A stretch of DNA of 64,000 nt, from contig JBHLLU010000016.1 in assembly GCA_048938895.1 (NCBI GenBank), forward strand, positions 1-64,000. The letters run 5' to 3'. The stretch is from Promethearchaeota archaeon (lineage in GTDB: Archaea > Asgardarchaeota > Lokiarchaeia > Sigyniarchaeales > SOKP01). The notes beneath the pieces are model-generated. The model was not told where the DNA came from, made no database searches, and saw only the letters and a program-made list of their open reading frames with translations. This document shows positions 9,251 to 18,396 of the stretch, piece by piece (position 1 is the first letter of the stretch; every line of letters starts with the position of its first letter). The position numbers were made by a program, and so were the translations under genes.

Positions 9251-10012
9251 ATGATAAATATAATGATTTTTATAGCATTAGATGATTTGACACAATTATC
9301 GGGATTTTTTGGATTTATAGCGGTTTTGATAGCGTGGGCTTATGGAGTAATTGTCTTCTTTAAATTTCTTAAGACAAAGGAAAGAACTCTTTTATTCTTT
9401 TTCTTAGCAATCATGTTTACGATGTCTCCATGGTATCCAAGTGGATTGGGATATATATACTGGTTATTTACTCGGCAGGAGATATCTTATCCATTATATG
9501 TTTTACTTGGCACAATCGGAGTTCCTATTGCACTGATCTCATGGCTCCAAATATATATGCCTGTCTTGCATCCTAAAAGGAAAGACGTTGTCACGTTGAT
9601 AATCGCTTGTTTATCGTTATCGTTTTATATTTATTTATTCTATTTCGTCTTTTTAGCGCCTGGAGCTCCTGTGACAGAAGTTATTGGTATTAAAAGAAAT
9701 CCACTAGATATCGACTATAAAGGTTTTATATTGGTGTTTTTAGCAATTTCGCTACTAGTGAGTACAATTACAGGGAACGAATTTGCAATTACTTCACTTA
9801 AAGTAAAAGATAATCCAATTGTTAATTGGAAGGGGAGATTTCTAATAATTTCTTTCAACGTATTTGCGATTGGCTCTATTGGTGATGGATTCATCACCTT
9901 AACACCTGTTACTCTAATAGTATTTCGGACTTTTATGATGATTTCTAGTACCACGTATTATATTGGTTTTATTTTGCCAAAATGGATGAAAAAAATTCTC
10001 AAATTACAGTAA
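9251..10012 (+). CDS. Stand-alone 7TM membrane protein (HisKA_7TM-like sensor topology, no output domain)
   Basis: Seven hydrophobic segments and a short basic C-tail (LPKWMKKILK). Confidence 0.6.
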   Translation: MINIMIFIALDDLTQLSGFFGFIAVLIAWAYGVIVFFKFLKTKERTLLFFFLAIMFTMSPWYPSGLGYIYWLFTRQEISYPLYVLLGTIGVPIALISWLQIYMPVLHPKRKDVVTLIIACLSLSFYIYLFYFVFLAPGAPVTEVIGIKRNPLDIDYKGFILVFLAISLLVSTITGNEFAITSLKVKDNPIVNWKGRFLIISFNVFAIGSIGDGFITLTPVTLIVFRTFMMISSTTYYIGFILPKWMKKILKLQ

Positions 10013-10037
10013 TTTTCTAATTGAAATTTATTTTTTT

Positions 10038-10976
10038 TTATTTATAATTTATTATAAGAACAGCAATTAAAACTATAATAGCTCCAATTATATTCCAGAT
10101 TATAATCGTTTCACTTCTTTGTAACAAGAGGGAGAATAAAAGAGTAATAAAAGGTTCAACATATAAAAAAGAGGCTACTTTAGAAGATTTTAAGGTTAAT
10201 TGGGATTTTTGCCATATATAATAACCCAGAATATAACAAAGTATCCCAACATATATACCGCATAGAATTAAAATTACATCAAACATGTTTGAAATAAATA
10301 TAGAAAATTCATTAGTTAATAATACGAAAAAAAACAGTTCAATGGTTCCTAAATATGCAATATATTTTAACATGATATAATTAGAAAAATCTCCACCTAT
10401 TTTTTTCGTTAAAGTTGAATATGTTGCCCATAAAAAGGGAGTAATAAGTGCAAATAGATATCCTAAAAAATTTGGTTCATTTGGAGTAAGTCTGTTCAAA
10501 TCTCCTCCCGTTATTAGTAAAAATCCTCCAAAAGAAGCAATGATAAATCCTATTATTTTTTTAAAGTTTAGATGTTCTTTAAAAAATATTAAAGCTAAAA
10601 TGCTAATAACGACTGGAGCTAATAAGCACACAAATAAAGCAGGTAATGAAGGACCAATTAATTCTATAGCAGAATATTGAGCAAAAAAGAAAAAGGAAAC
10701 TCCAGTAAAACTAGCTAAGACGACAAGAATAATATTATTTTTAGAAAACTTCTCTTTCCTCTCAATATTCTCAAAAAAGTTACTCTTTCTAAAGATTTTA
10801 AGGTAGATATCGATAATAAGATAGGTAATTGAAACAATGAAAAAACGGTAAAGTGCAATTGAAAGTGGAGGTATAATTTCTACAGCAATATCAACGATTA
10901 CAAATGAAAATCCCCATATAATCACCAAGAAGATTAATTGTAAATATGATTTTATCATCAGATTAAAGAATTTCAA
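10038..10976 (-). CDS. DMT/EamA family transporter
   Basis: IWGFSF, ALYRFF, LFVCLLAPV, FKEHL and SFLYVEPF motifs; two EamA repeats. Confidence 0.9.
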   Translation of the reverse strand: MKFFNLMIKSYLQLIFLVIIWGFSFVIVDIAVEIIPPLSIALYRFFIVSITYLIIDIYLKIFRKSNFFENIERKEKFSKNNIILVVLASFTGVSFFFFAQYSAIELIGPSLPALFVCLLAPVVISILALIFFKEHLNFKKIIGFIIASFGGFLLITGGDLNRLTPNEPNFLGYLFALITPFLWATYSTLTKKIGGDFSNYIMLKYIAYLGTIELFFFVLLTNEFSIFISNMFDVILILCGIYVGILCYILGYYIWQKSQLTLKSSKVASFLYVEPFITLLFSLLLQRSETIIIWNIIGAIIVLIAVLIINYK

Positions 10977-11028
10977 TTGTAATAGATTAAGATATTGCCT
11001 TAAAATGATTTATTAATAATTAAGAATT

Positions 11029-11670
11029 ATGAACTATAATAATCTTCTTCCAGAATATACAAAAATGAAAAAAATTAGCTATAACTTACGAATTGGAATC
11101 GTCGCTAATAAAGAATATTATGAAGTTATTTTTTTAGATAATTTAAGGGATTATGCTACAAATTCCAAGAGTTTAGATGATCATTCAGAATATTTTATAG
11201 TCTTTAACAGAATTCCAATCAAAATTTTAACATTTTCGGCTGAAAGTCTTGAAGATATAATCTTTAAAGCCAATAAAATAGAAAAATTAGATGTAATTAT
11301 ACTTACCCTAGATTTAGCTGATAAAAATTCAATAAATCAATATGATAAGAATATTATTGATGATTTTTTTGAAATGTTTTATTTTCAAGGAATTTCCATC
11401 CTTGTGGGTATAGATAGAGCTCAGATTTTTAAAAAAGATGTTACTAAAGGTATTAGAATTAGTAGATATAGTTTGAAAGATTTAGCAAAATACTTGAATT
11501 TAATATACTGCTTTGAAATCTGTAATAAAGAGAGTGATGTAAAAGAGATTTACAGAAGAATTTTAAATGATTTTGTTTTTCGATTTCGATATACTAACTC
11601 TGAGTTATTTAAACAGGCAAGAATTTATGGAAATGCATTAATAGAAAAAGGAATGAAGAATATTCATTGA
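11029..11670 (+). CDS. Degenerate Ras/Rab-fold protein (pseudo-GTPase)
   Basis: Keeps the Rab scaffold (LRIGIV, DVIILTLDL.DKNS, SILVG, YCFEI...DVKEIY) but the P-loop GxxxxGK, DxxG and NKxD motifs are lost. Confidence 0.55.
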   Translation: MNYNNLLPEYTKMKKISYNLRIGIVANKEYYEVIFLDNLRDYATNSKSLDDHSEYFIVFNRIPIKILTFSAESLEDIIFKANKIEKLDVIILTLDLADKNSINQYDKNIIDDFFEMFYFQGISILVGIDRAQIFKKDVTKGIRISRYSLKDLAKYLNLIYCFEICNKESDVKEIYRRILNDFVFRFRYTNSELFKQARIYGNALIEKGMKNIH

Positions 11671-11817
11671 ATTTAAATAACCTTTAAACATAGGATTAAA
11701 TCTTATAAATGTCAAAAAGAGAAAAGTTATAAAAACAATATAATACATTTTAAAATATATTCCGTAAAATATGAGTTTTTTATCAAAAATCGATAATTAG
11801 GAGTTGAAAAAATTAAT

Positions 11818-12009
11818 ATGGGAGAATCAAATGGCTTATTGACTATTGAGAAAACTGAAGGCCGTAGAAAGTGTCCTAGTTGTGGAGAAGAAAATAAATA
11901 TATGATCCATGAATCTACTGATAAAACAAATATTATTAGTGATTATCCAAGAGTTTACGGAAAGAAGTACAGATGTGGAAAATGCGGGCAAGAATGGCGA
12001 GAAAAATAA
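11818..12009 (+). CDS. Small zinc-ribbon protein (CxxC-x30-CxxC, TFIIS-C-like ending)
   Basis: RRKCPSCG...YRCGKCGQEWRE; AGGAG SD; T-rich tract downstream; paralogous domain at 61770-61904. Confidence 0.8.
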   Translation: MGESNGLLTIEKTEGRRKCPSCGEENKYMIHESTDKTNIISDYPRVYGKKYRCGKCGQEWREK

Positions 12010-12023
12010 CTTAAAAAGGTTCA

Positions 12024-12050
12024 TTTACTTTTTCTTTTTTCCTTTTTTAT
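12024..12050 (+). terminator. Oligo-T archaeal-type terminator
   Basis: Consecutive T-runs immediately after the zinc-ribbon gene. Confidence 0.45.
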
Positions 12051-12204
12051 ATATAAACCTTATAAAAAGTTCTTCTATTCCGTTCTAGTAATACTAAAAA
12101 TAGGTTTAAATCATAATGTTTTAAATTAAAAAAAGACAAAGTAAATATTATTATTGTTTTGACATACTTATTTTGCTATTTCATAAACAGGGGATATTGA
12201 AAAA

Positions 12205-12897
12205 ATGGATTTTGCTCGATTTCTACAAATTTATGTAATTCAAGGAGGTTTTGCTCTTTTTTTTCTTTTTATGGCGATAATTGTTTTAAAACGAGGTAGA
12301 AAAAGAATCAACCTGTATTTAAGTAGTTTTTATCTTTCTACTTTCATTGGTGGAACGATAAATATTATTTATGCCAATATTTTTAATGAAGCTGTTGTTT
12401 ATGTTTTATATTTCTTAACTTATTATACTTTATGTTTTTCTATGATATTTTTACTTATATTTGTAATGCTTATTTTAAAACCGACCAACTTAATTAGTAG
12501 GAAAATACAGCTATTAATTTTAATTCTAAATAGTATCTTTTTACTGAGTTTATTGATTATTCCTGGGGGAATAGTAATTAATGAGAGTACAAATTGGAAG
12601 CCTGATTGGAACTGGATGTTCTTATTTATTTCTCTTATAGGTTGGAGTACATTCGTTATTATTCCAACTAGTCATTTTTCTTTAAAAATATATAAAAAAA
12701 TGGGGAATTTTCAATTAAGGAAAAAGTGGAAATTCTTTTTAATTGGTATTTCAGCATATTTCTTTTTATTTTATGGTACTTCGTTATCTAATACTCTAAA
12801 TAATGATACTTTTCGCTTGATATGGTCATTTTTTTCATTGCCAACACTCTTAGCGTTGTATTTAATATATTATGGAGTAGGTCGAGAATTAGAGTAA
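12205..12897 (+). CDS. Stand-alone 7TM membrane protein (paralog A)
   Basis: Seven TMs; shares KR.N..S.FYLS, NE.T.W.P.W, LxKKWKFF and Y.GVGR.LE with 13042..13782. Confidence 0.75.
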   Translation: MDFARFLQIYVIQGGFALFFLFMAIIVLKRGRKRINLYLSSFYLSTFIGGTINIIYANIFNEAVVYVLYFLTYYTLCFSMIFLLIFVMLILKPTNLISRKIQLLILILNSIFLLSLLIIPGGIVINESTNWKPDWNWMFLFISLIGWSTFVIIPTSHFSLKIYKKMGNFQLRKKWKFFLIGISAYFFLFYGTSLSNTLNNDTFRLIWSFFSLPTLLALYLIYYGVGRELE

Positions 12898-13041
12898 TAT
12901 CAAGATCTGTGATATATGGTTTTTTCTAAATTCCCTTTTTAAATGTAAAAAGAGCAATAATATAAATATAAAATTATAAATAAGTGCAGTAACATAATTA
13001 TTTTTAACAAATTAAAATAAGCTTCTAAAAGTGATAAACAC

Positions 13042-13782
13042 ATGGTATTATTCCAAAACCCATTGGGAGATCCAATGAGAATTATTACTATTTATGTTGC
13101 TCAAGGACTCGTATGTGCATGGTTTGCTTATTTAGCCTATAAAATTTTAAAAAGAGATAGAAAGAGATTAAATGTGATATTTTCTGGATTTTATCTGTCA
13201 GCTGTAATTGGTCTCATTTTTAATTTTATATATGGTCCGATTGCTCATGAAGGTGTTATACTTGTTTTAAGTTATTTAACGTATTTTGGAGTATTCTACT
13301 CGCCGATTTTTCTTGTAGTATTTGATTTAATATTACTTAAATCTGAAAAAGTCATTACTCCCATTAAACAATATCTTTTACTTATAGGGTTCGGTATATT
13401 TATGTTCTGTTTGATTTTCTTTATAATTACTCCTAAATGGGGTGTCAGACTAAATGAAGATACTGATTGGACACCTATATGGTATTTACCTTTCTTTCTC
13501 TATTTGGCAATTGGTGAAGCTTTGTTTGTACTCATTCCGATTTATTATCTATCGTTTCAAATTTATAATAAATTTGAAGATGAGCAATTAAAAAAGAAAT
13601 GGAAATTTTTTATATATGGCTATAGTGCTTTAATAGTTTTTATGTATGGAATTATGATTTCAAATTTCTTAGCTTCTCTTGAAATTAATATCAGGACAGT
13701 AATGGGGATTATAGGTATCATTTCTGGTATTGCCGGGGGTTACTTGATGTATAATGGAGTAGGACGCCAACTCGAGAAATAA
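13042..13782 (+). CDS. Stand-alone 7TM membrane protein (paralog B)
   Basis: Tandem paralog of 12205..12897, followed by a T-rich terminator-like tract. Confidence 0.75.
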   Translation: MVLFQNPLGDPMRIITIYVAQGLVCAWFAYLAYKILKRDRKRLNVIFSGFYLSAVIGLIFNFIYGPIAHEGVILVLSYLTYFGVFYSPIFLVVFDLILLKSEKVITPIKQYLLLIGFGIFMFCLIFFIITPKWGVRLNEDTDWTPIWYLPFFLYLAIGEALFVLIPIYYLSFQIYNKFEDEQLKKKWKFFIYGYSALIVFMYGIMISNFLASLEINIRTVMGIIGIISGIAGGYLMYNGVGRQLEK

Positions 13783-13931
13783 ATATCCTTTTTTTTATTT
13801 TATTTACTTAAATTTTATTTTTACTCATTAACATTAATATATAATAGAGTTGAAACTACAGATATAAACCAGTAATTTTAGATAGATATTATAACTTTAG
13901 TTACTCGTAATCCTTTTATGCTGCCACATTC

Positions 13932-14279
13932 ATGATTGAAGAATTGATCCGTGTAAGGGGCATTGGACCAGCTGCTGCAGAACGATTAATTGATGCGGGA
14001 GTCAAATCAATTGAGGAGATTGCTAATTCTAAACCTGAGGAATTAGCATGGATTAAAGGAATTGGTATGATATCCGCAAGTAAAATCATTGAAAATGCTT
14101 TAGAATTATTAAAATTAGAAAAAGGAATCCAAATAGTCTTAAACTCAATAAAAGAGAATTTTGCAAGTAGTTGTCCAAAATGTGGAGGAGAAATGATAGA
14201 AAAATTAATTATACTTGGTCCTGAAAGAAGATTAAGAGCGAATCAATGTACTTTATGCAAGTTTTATTTACCAAAGTAA
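13932..14279 (+). CDS. Helix-hairpin-helix protein with C-terminal zinc ribbon
   Basis: Two HhH motifs (VRGIGP, IKGIG) and CPKC...CTLC. Confidence 0.8.
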   Translation: MIEELIRVRGIGPAAAERLIDAGVKSIEEIANSKPEELAWIKGIGMISASKIIENALELLKLEKGIQIVLNSIKENFASSCPKCGGEMIEKLIILGPERRLRANQCTLCKFYLPK

Positions 14280-14299
14280 ATTTGATTTTAAACTACAAT

Positions 14300-15271
14300 T
14301 TAAACCTGAATCCAGAAAGAAAATAAAAATATATAAGATAGAAGATAAAGTGAAATAAAGAATATTCCTGCTTTCTTGTCTACTTTTTTTCTGGTAGCAA
14401 TAGTTATAAAAACAAAAAAACTAGCAATTAAAGTATATAAAACAGTAGGAATTGCTAGGGCTGCTGTTATATTATTAGGGTTTTGATTAAATACAACATT
14501 TCCAATACCAATAGAAAGAGTTGAATCTACTATACACGAACCTACTATATCACCAATAGCAATTTGATGATGCCCCAATCTTAAGGCATTTATATCAACG
14601 GCCAGTTCGGGTAGGGAAGTACCAATTGCTACTATGAAGAAACTTATGATATATTCATTGACATCTAAAATTTCAGAAATAAATATGACAGATTCAACAA
14701 TCATAATGGAAGCTATTGTTACTCCCACAAATCCTAAAATTGCGAGAAAAAGGTGAAACATTTTACTTTTTGGTGCTTCTATTTTCTCAATCATTTCCAT
14801 TCTTTGCAAAATACTCTCTTTATTAGCGTTATAAATTAACCATATGTAAATCCCTAAACACCCAACCAGTAAAATACCATCTAATCGAGTAACGTAACTT
14901 TTTTCAATAATTGTAAAAATTAAAACTAAAGACAATACTTCACATGTTCCTAAAATAATGATATCCTTTCTGTGAATATAAATCACTCCTGTGACTATTG
15001 GTAATATACCAAAGATCAAGGTAAGTTGTGCTAAATCCGATCCTACAGAATCACCAATATCAATATCAGCATGACCTATTGAACAAGATACAAGTGAATT
15101 AAAGATTTCTGAGATATCCGTGCCTATTGAAACTAATGAAACACCAATTATTAAAGGTGAGATTCCTAAGGCTGCTGCAAGAATAGCAGAATGTTTCACT
15201 GCCTTTATACTGCAATAAATTATTAATGCTATTCCAGCTATTAACAATATATATGCTATTAATATATTCAT
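14300..15271 (-). CDS. Sodium:calcium antiporter (CaCA/YrbG family)
   Basis: SIGTDISE...GDSVGS and AIGTSLPE...GDIVGS alpha repeats. Confidence 0.9.
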   Translation of the reverse strand: MNILIAYILLIAGIALIIYCSIKAVKHSAILAAALGISPLIIGVSLVSIGTDISEIFNSLVSCSIGHADIDIGDSVGSDLAQLTLIFGILPIVTGVIYIHRKDIIILGTCEVLSLVLIFTIIEKSYVTRLDGILLVGCLGIYIWLIYNANKESILQRMEMIEKIEAPKSKMFHLFLAILGFVGVTIASIMIVESVIFISEILDVNEYIISFFIVAIGTSLPELAVDINALRLGHHQIAIGDIVGSCIVDSTLSIGIGNVVFNQNPNNITAALAIPTVLYTLIASFFVFITIATRKKVDKKAGIFFISLYLLSYIFLFSFWIQV

Positions 15272-15439
15272 AAGTTTTGGGATAGTATTTTTTTATTATA
15301 GAATCCTACTGTCTTAAACAATATGCAATATATTTATAAATCATTGGAACTCTTCAATTATGAGACTTTGAATAATAGCTTATTAATCTAATATTATTTA
15401 TGAGTATCTATTTCTCCATTTCTATTAGTGATATTTTCG

Positions 15440-15487
15440 TATATAAAGCTATCCATTTTTCATCCAAGGATATCCATATTATATCCA
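15440..15487 (+). promoter_or_regulatory. TATA box followed by four phased ATCCA direct repeats (putative RHH operator)
   Basis: TATATAAA at 15440-15447; ATCCA at 15451, 15462, 15472 and 15483 (spacing 11/10/11). Confidence 0.5.
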
Positions 15488-15529
15488 TAATTCGAAAATT
15501 TATTATATTAAAAAAAAGAGAACTAATTA

Positions 15530-15685
15530 ATGGTTGAACACAAAGAATTTCATATTTCTCTAGAGGCAGATGTTTTTGATAAATTAGAGGTTATTAGAGA
15601 TTATCATGGAATAAAGAATGTAACTGAAATTATACGTTTTCTAATTACCAAAGAGTACAGGGAAATAAAAAAAACAGATTTTTAA
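15530..15685 (+). CDS. Ribbon-helix-helix (CopG/Arc/MetJ-like) protein, 51 aa, not in the ORF track
   Basis: Manual translation MVEHKEFHISLEADVFDKLEVIRDYHGIKNVTEIIRFLITKEYREIKKTDF fits strand-helix-G-turn-helix. Confidence 0.7.
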   Translation: MVEHKEFHISLEADVFDKLEVIRDYHGIKNVTEIIRFLITKEYREIKKTDF

Positions 15686-15713
15686 AATGATTGCTCGTTT
15701 ACACGACCAATCA

Positions 15714-18218
15714 CTAGAAATAGTAAAAACCCCAATACATTCCAGATAGAAATATCACTAATACGAAGGATAACAGTAAAGAGTTGGTCTTTGTAGTTAG
15801 GTAGGCACTAATAAATCCAAATAACAAAAATATCCCAGAGCTAATGAGGGGAAACCATAATAAAAAACTTGTCCATATCCAGAAAATGAAAGCATTTAGA
15901 ATTATTGATAATGCTTTAGAATATCTAATTAGAAGGATTCGTAAAATTATTCCTCTAAACAATACTTCCTGCCAAAAGAAAAAGGTAATTGTCGACAAAA
16001 AGGTAATAAATTCGTAAATATAAAACTCTGTTCCGATAAGATAAATTGAAAATTGAATGGATAATAGAAGATCCAATATTAGGACAGAAATTATAAGAGA
16101 AGCAGCCCATATGATTCCCCGTAACAAGGAGATTGTCCAACCCAATCCAATACTAATCGTATAATCTTTTATTGTTTGTCTTCCGTATGGTAAGCCTAGG
16201 AAAAAAGGTACTATGATTAATAATAATGATATAAAAATTAAATTACTTAAGATCAATTGTATACTACTCTGAACATACCCAAAAAAGAAAAATCTATCAC
16301 CTGTGTAAAAAGAGGGAGAAGCCATTACATTAAACATGCTTATCTGGTAAAAAATATAATATAGAAATAATAGTAGTAGGATAGATGCCCAGGGATGGGA
16401 ACATAAGATAGTTGGATTTTGTATTATCATTGGTTCTGGGGTCATTTCTTCATAAACCATTTTTTCTTCATTAAAAACTAATTTTTCTCTTTTTCTTTTT
16501 GAGGGGAATATTTTATTATAAATCATTAAAACGAAAACAAGAAGTGAAACTCCAACGAGAACTATAAACCAGATCATTCCTACAAAATTTCTGAAAATAA
16601 AAAACATAAACACGAAAGATATAATCCAAAAACTAATTATATACTGTAAACAAAAAATTAACACCCATTTGAATAACTTGTTTGTTGCATTCACCTCCCT
16701 GAGAACATAATGTTCACCTATTTTTCCAAAAAACATAAGTTTTAACTCAAAGATGAGTAATAAGAATAGCCAAATAAATGGTAGTGCGACAAAGGTTGCA
16801 ATTAGAATTCCTTGAGAGTTGGGATCATTTATAAACATCAAATTAGGTAAAAATGTCGCAATTGTCTGGATTGTAAAAATAAGAAATAATTTTGTTCTAG
16901 CTTGCTGTTCAGGAATGATTGGTAAAGCTGTGAGAACAGATTGCCCCGAATCCTCGAGACTCAGAATACTATAAATAAGCATTATCGAAAGAATAGGATG
17001 GAAAATTAACATCCCTATCCAATTATTGTAAATCACACTTACTATATATAGTGGTACCCCAATGCTCCCTTGATTAAAATAAAACATATAAATAAATGCC
17101 AAAATAACAGAAGTCACAATTGCTAGAAATGTTTTTAGATCATGAGTAATTAAAATCAAATCCTTACGAAGATAAGCTCGTTTAGGGGAACAGGGTTTAA
17201 TCTGAACTTTTATCTTTTTTTTACCCTTTTTGGAGATTTTTTTATCTTTAGAGCTTCGAAATTTAGAAAATGTCAACTTTTCAAGTTGTTTCAAAACTAC
17301 AACATAAAGACCCCAAATTATAAGGATATAAATAATCAATCCAATGATTGAACTCACCCATAATCCCAATGGAGTGCGATCTTTTACAATCAAGTTTAAG
17401 ATTAAATAGCTTGAATTAAACGGATAGGGAATACCACTAAGAAACATATTAGTCATTTCTGGATTTTGGATATGTAAGAATAAACGAAAGAACCTATCAA
17501 TTGACCCAAATGCCCACTGAATTAAATACATGCTTCCTAGAGTTATTATTATATAACTTATTATATTAAATAGCCGAATCGTATAGGATCGTCTTGAATT
17601 TATCTCGTTTACGTCTAAGACACGATTTATTCTTCCCCCAACTAAAATAAGGATATTAAGAGAAAACATAACGTTTAACACAGAAATTCCAATGCTCATT
17701 AAAAAAATCAATATATTTGAAGTTCCGAGAAATAATACTATTGGAAAAGTTAATATAATCACAAGAATAGGAATATCAAAACTACGGAAGATGGTAACGA
17801 ATACTATTCTCTTTAATTTTTCTCTTGGAATTGGCAGAGTTTCAAACCATTGAAATATTCTACCTGACATTATCATACCGGTTTCTAACATACCCATTAA
17901 AAAGAAGTTAAAAAATTGAAGCATAAAAAATAAGCCAAAATATAAACTCCCATGGAATATAATTATTTCAACCGAAATTAAACTATTGATAAGGTAATCT
18001 GCGATCTGAAAATAACCCAGAAGAGGAAAAATAGGAAGAATACCAAAAATAATAGCATAAAAAATCTTCACCCGAATAATTTTTAATGACATAGATCTTT
18101 TTCTTTTCTTGGTTTTCTCCCATGATCCTAATTGATTAGTTAAAATTAACCCATCAATCAGTAATTCATGATTTGTGTATTTTGCTAAATAGTAAAGCGC
18201 TAGTTTTTCACTTGTCAT
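15714..18218 (-). CDS. Polytopic membrane protein: ABC-2/exporter-permease-like region fused to a degenerate CPBP (Abi/CAAX protease) domain
   Basis: Two permease-like repeats (LPIP..L; KDL...LPII) and a C-terminal FFWQEVLFRG resembling EExxFRG, with the downstream His motifs absent. Confidence 0.6.
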   Translation of the reverse strand: MTSEKLALYYLAKYTNHELLIDGLILTNQLGSWEKTKKRKRSMSLKIIRVKIFYAIIFGILPIFPLLGYFQIADYLINSLISVEIIIFHGSLYFGLFFMLQFFNFFLMGMLETGMIMSGRIFQWFETLPIPREKLKRIVFVTIFRSFDIPILVIILTFPIVLFLGTSNILIFLMSIGISVLNVMFSLNILILVGGRINRVLDVNEINSRRSYTIRLFNIISYIIITLGSMYLIQWAFGSIDRFFRLFLHIQNPEMTNMFLSGIPYPFNSSYLILNLIVKDRTPLGLWVSSIIGLIIYILIIWGLYVVVLKQLEKLTFSKFRSSKDKKISKKGKKKIKVQIKPCSPKRAYLRKDLILITHDLKTFLAIVTSVILAFIYMFYFNQGSIGVPLYIVSVIYNNWIGMLIFHPILSIMLIYSILSLEDSGQSVLTALPIIPEQQARTKLFLIFTIQTIATFLPNLMFINDPNSQGILIATFVALPFIWLFLLLIFELKLMFFGKIGEHYVLREVNATNKLFKWVLIFCLQYIISFWIISFVFMFFIFRNFVGMIWFIVLVGVSLLVFVLMIYNKIFPSKRKREKLVFNEEKMVYEEMTPEPMIIQNPTILCSHPWASILLLLFLYYIFYQISMFNVMASPSFYTGDRFFFFGYVQSSIQLILSNLIFISLLLIIVPFFLGLPYGRQTIKDYTISIGLGWTISLLRGIIWAASLIISVLILDLLLSIQFSIYLIGTEFYIYEFITFLSTITFFFWQEVLFRGIILRILLIRYSKALSIILNAFIFWIWTSFLLWFPLISSGIFLLFGFISAYLTTKTNSLLLSFVLVIFLSGMYWGFYYF

Positions 18219-18396
18219 TTGGCTTTTAGTATTAATAAAGAATTTTTTTGAATTCTCATATGAAACTAGTTAATACGGATTTTTAAGAATTATATTTAAG
18301 ATATTAATAATGATTAAATGACATTTAAATAAATAAGTATTAGCTTTGATTCATTGAAAAATCTTGAAATAAGAAATAATCTTATGTTTGCAGATT

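Noticed and set aside
9251-13782. 7TM proteins as microbial rhodopsins, heliorhodopsins or schizorhodopsins
   Set aside because: None has the retinal-binding Lys (DxxxK/SxxxK) in the seventh helix.
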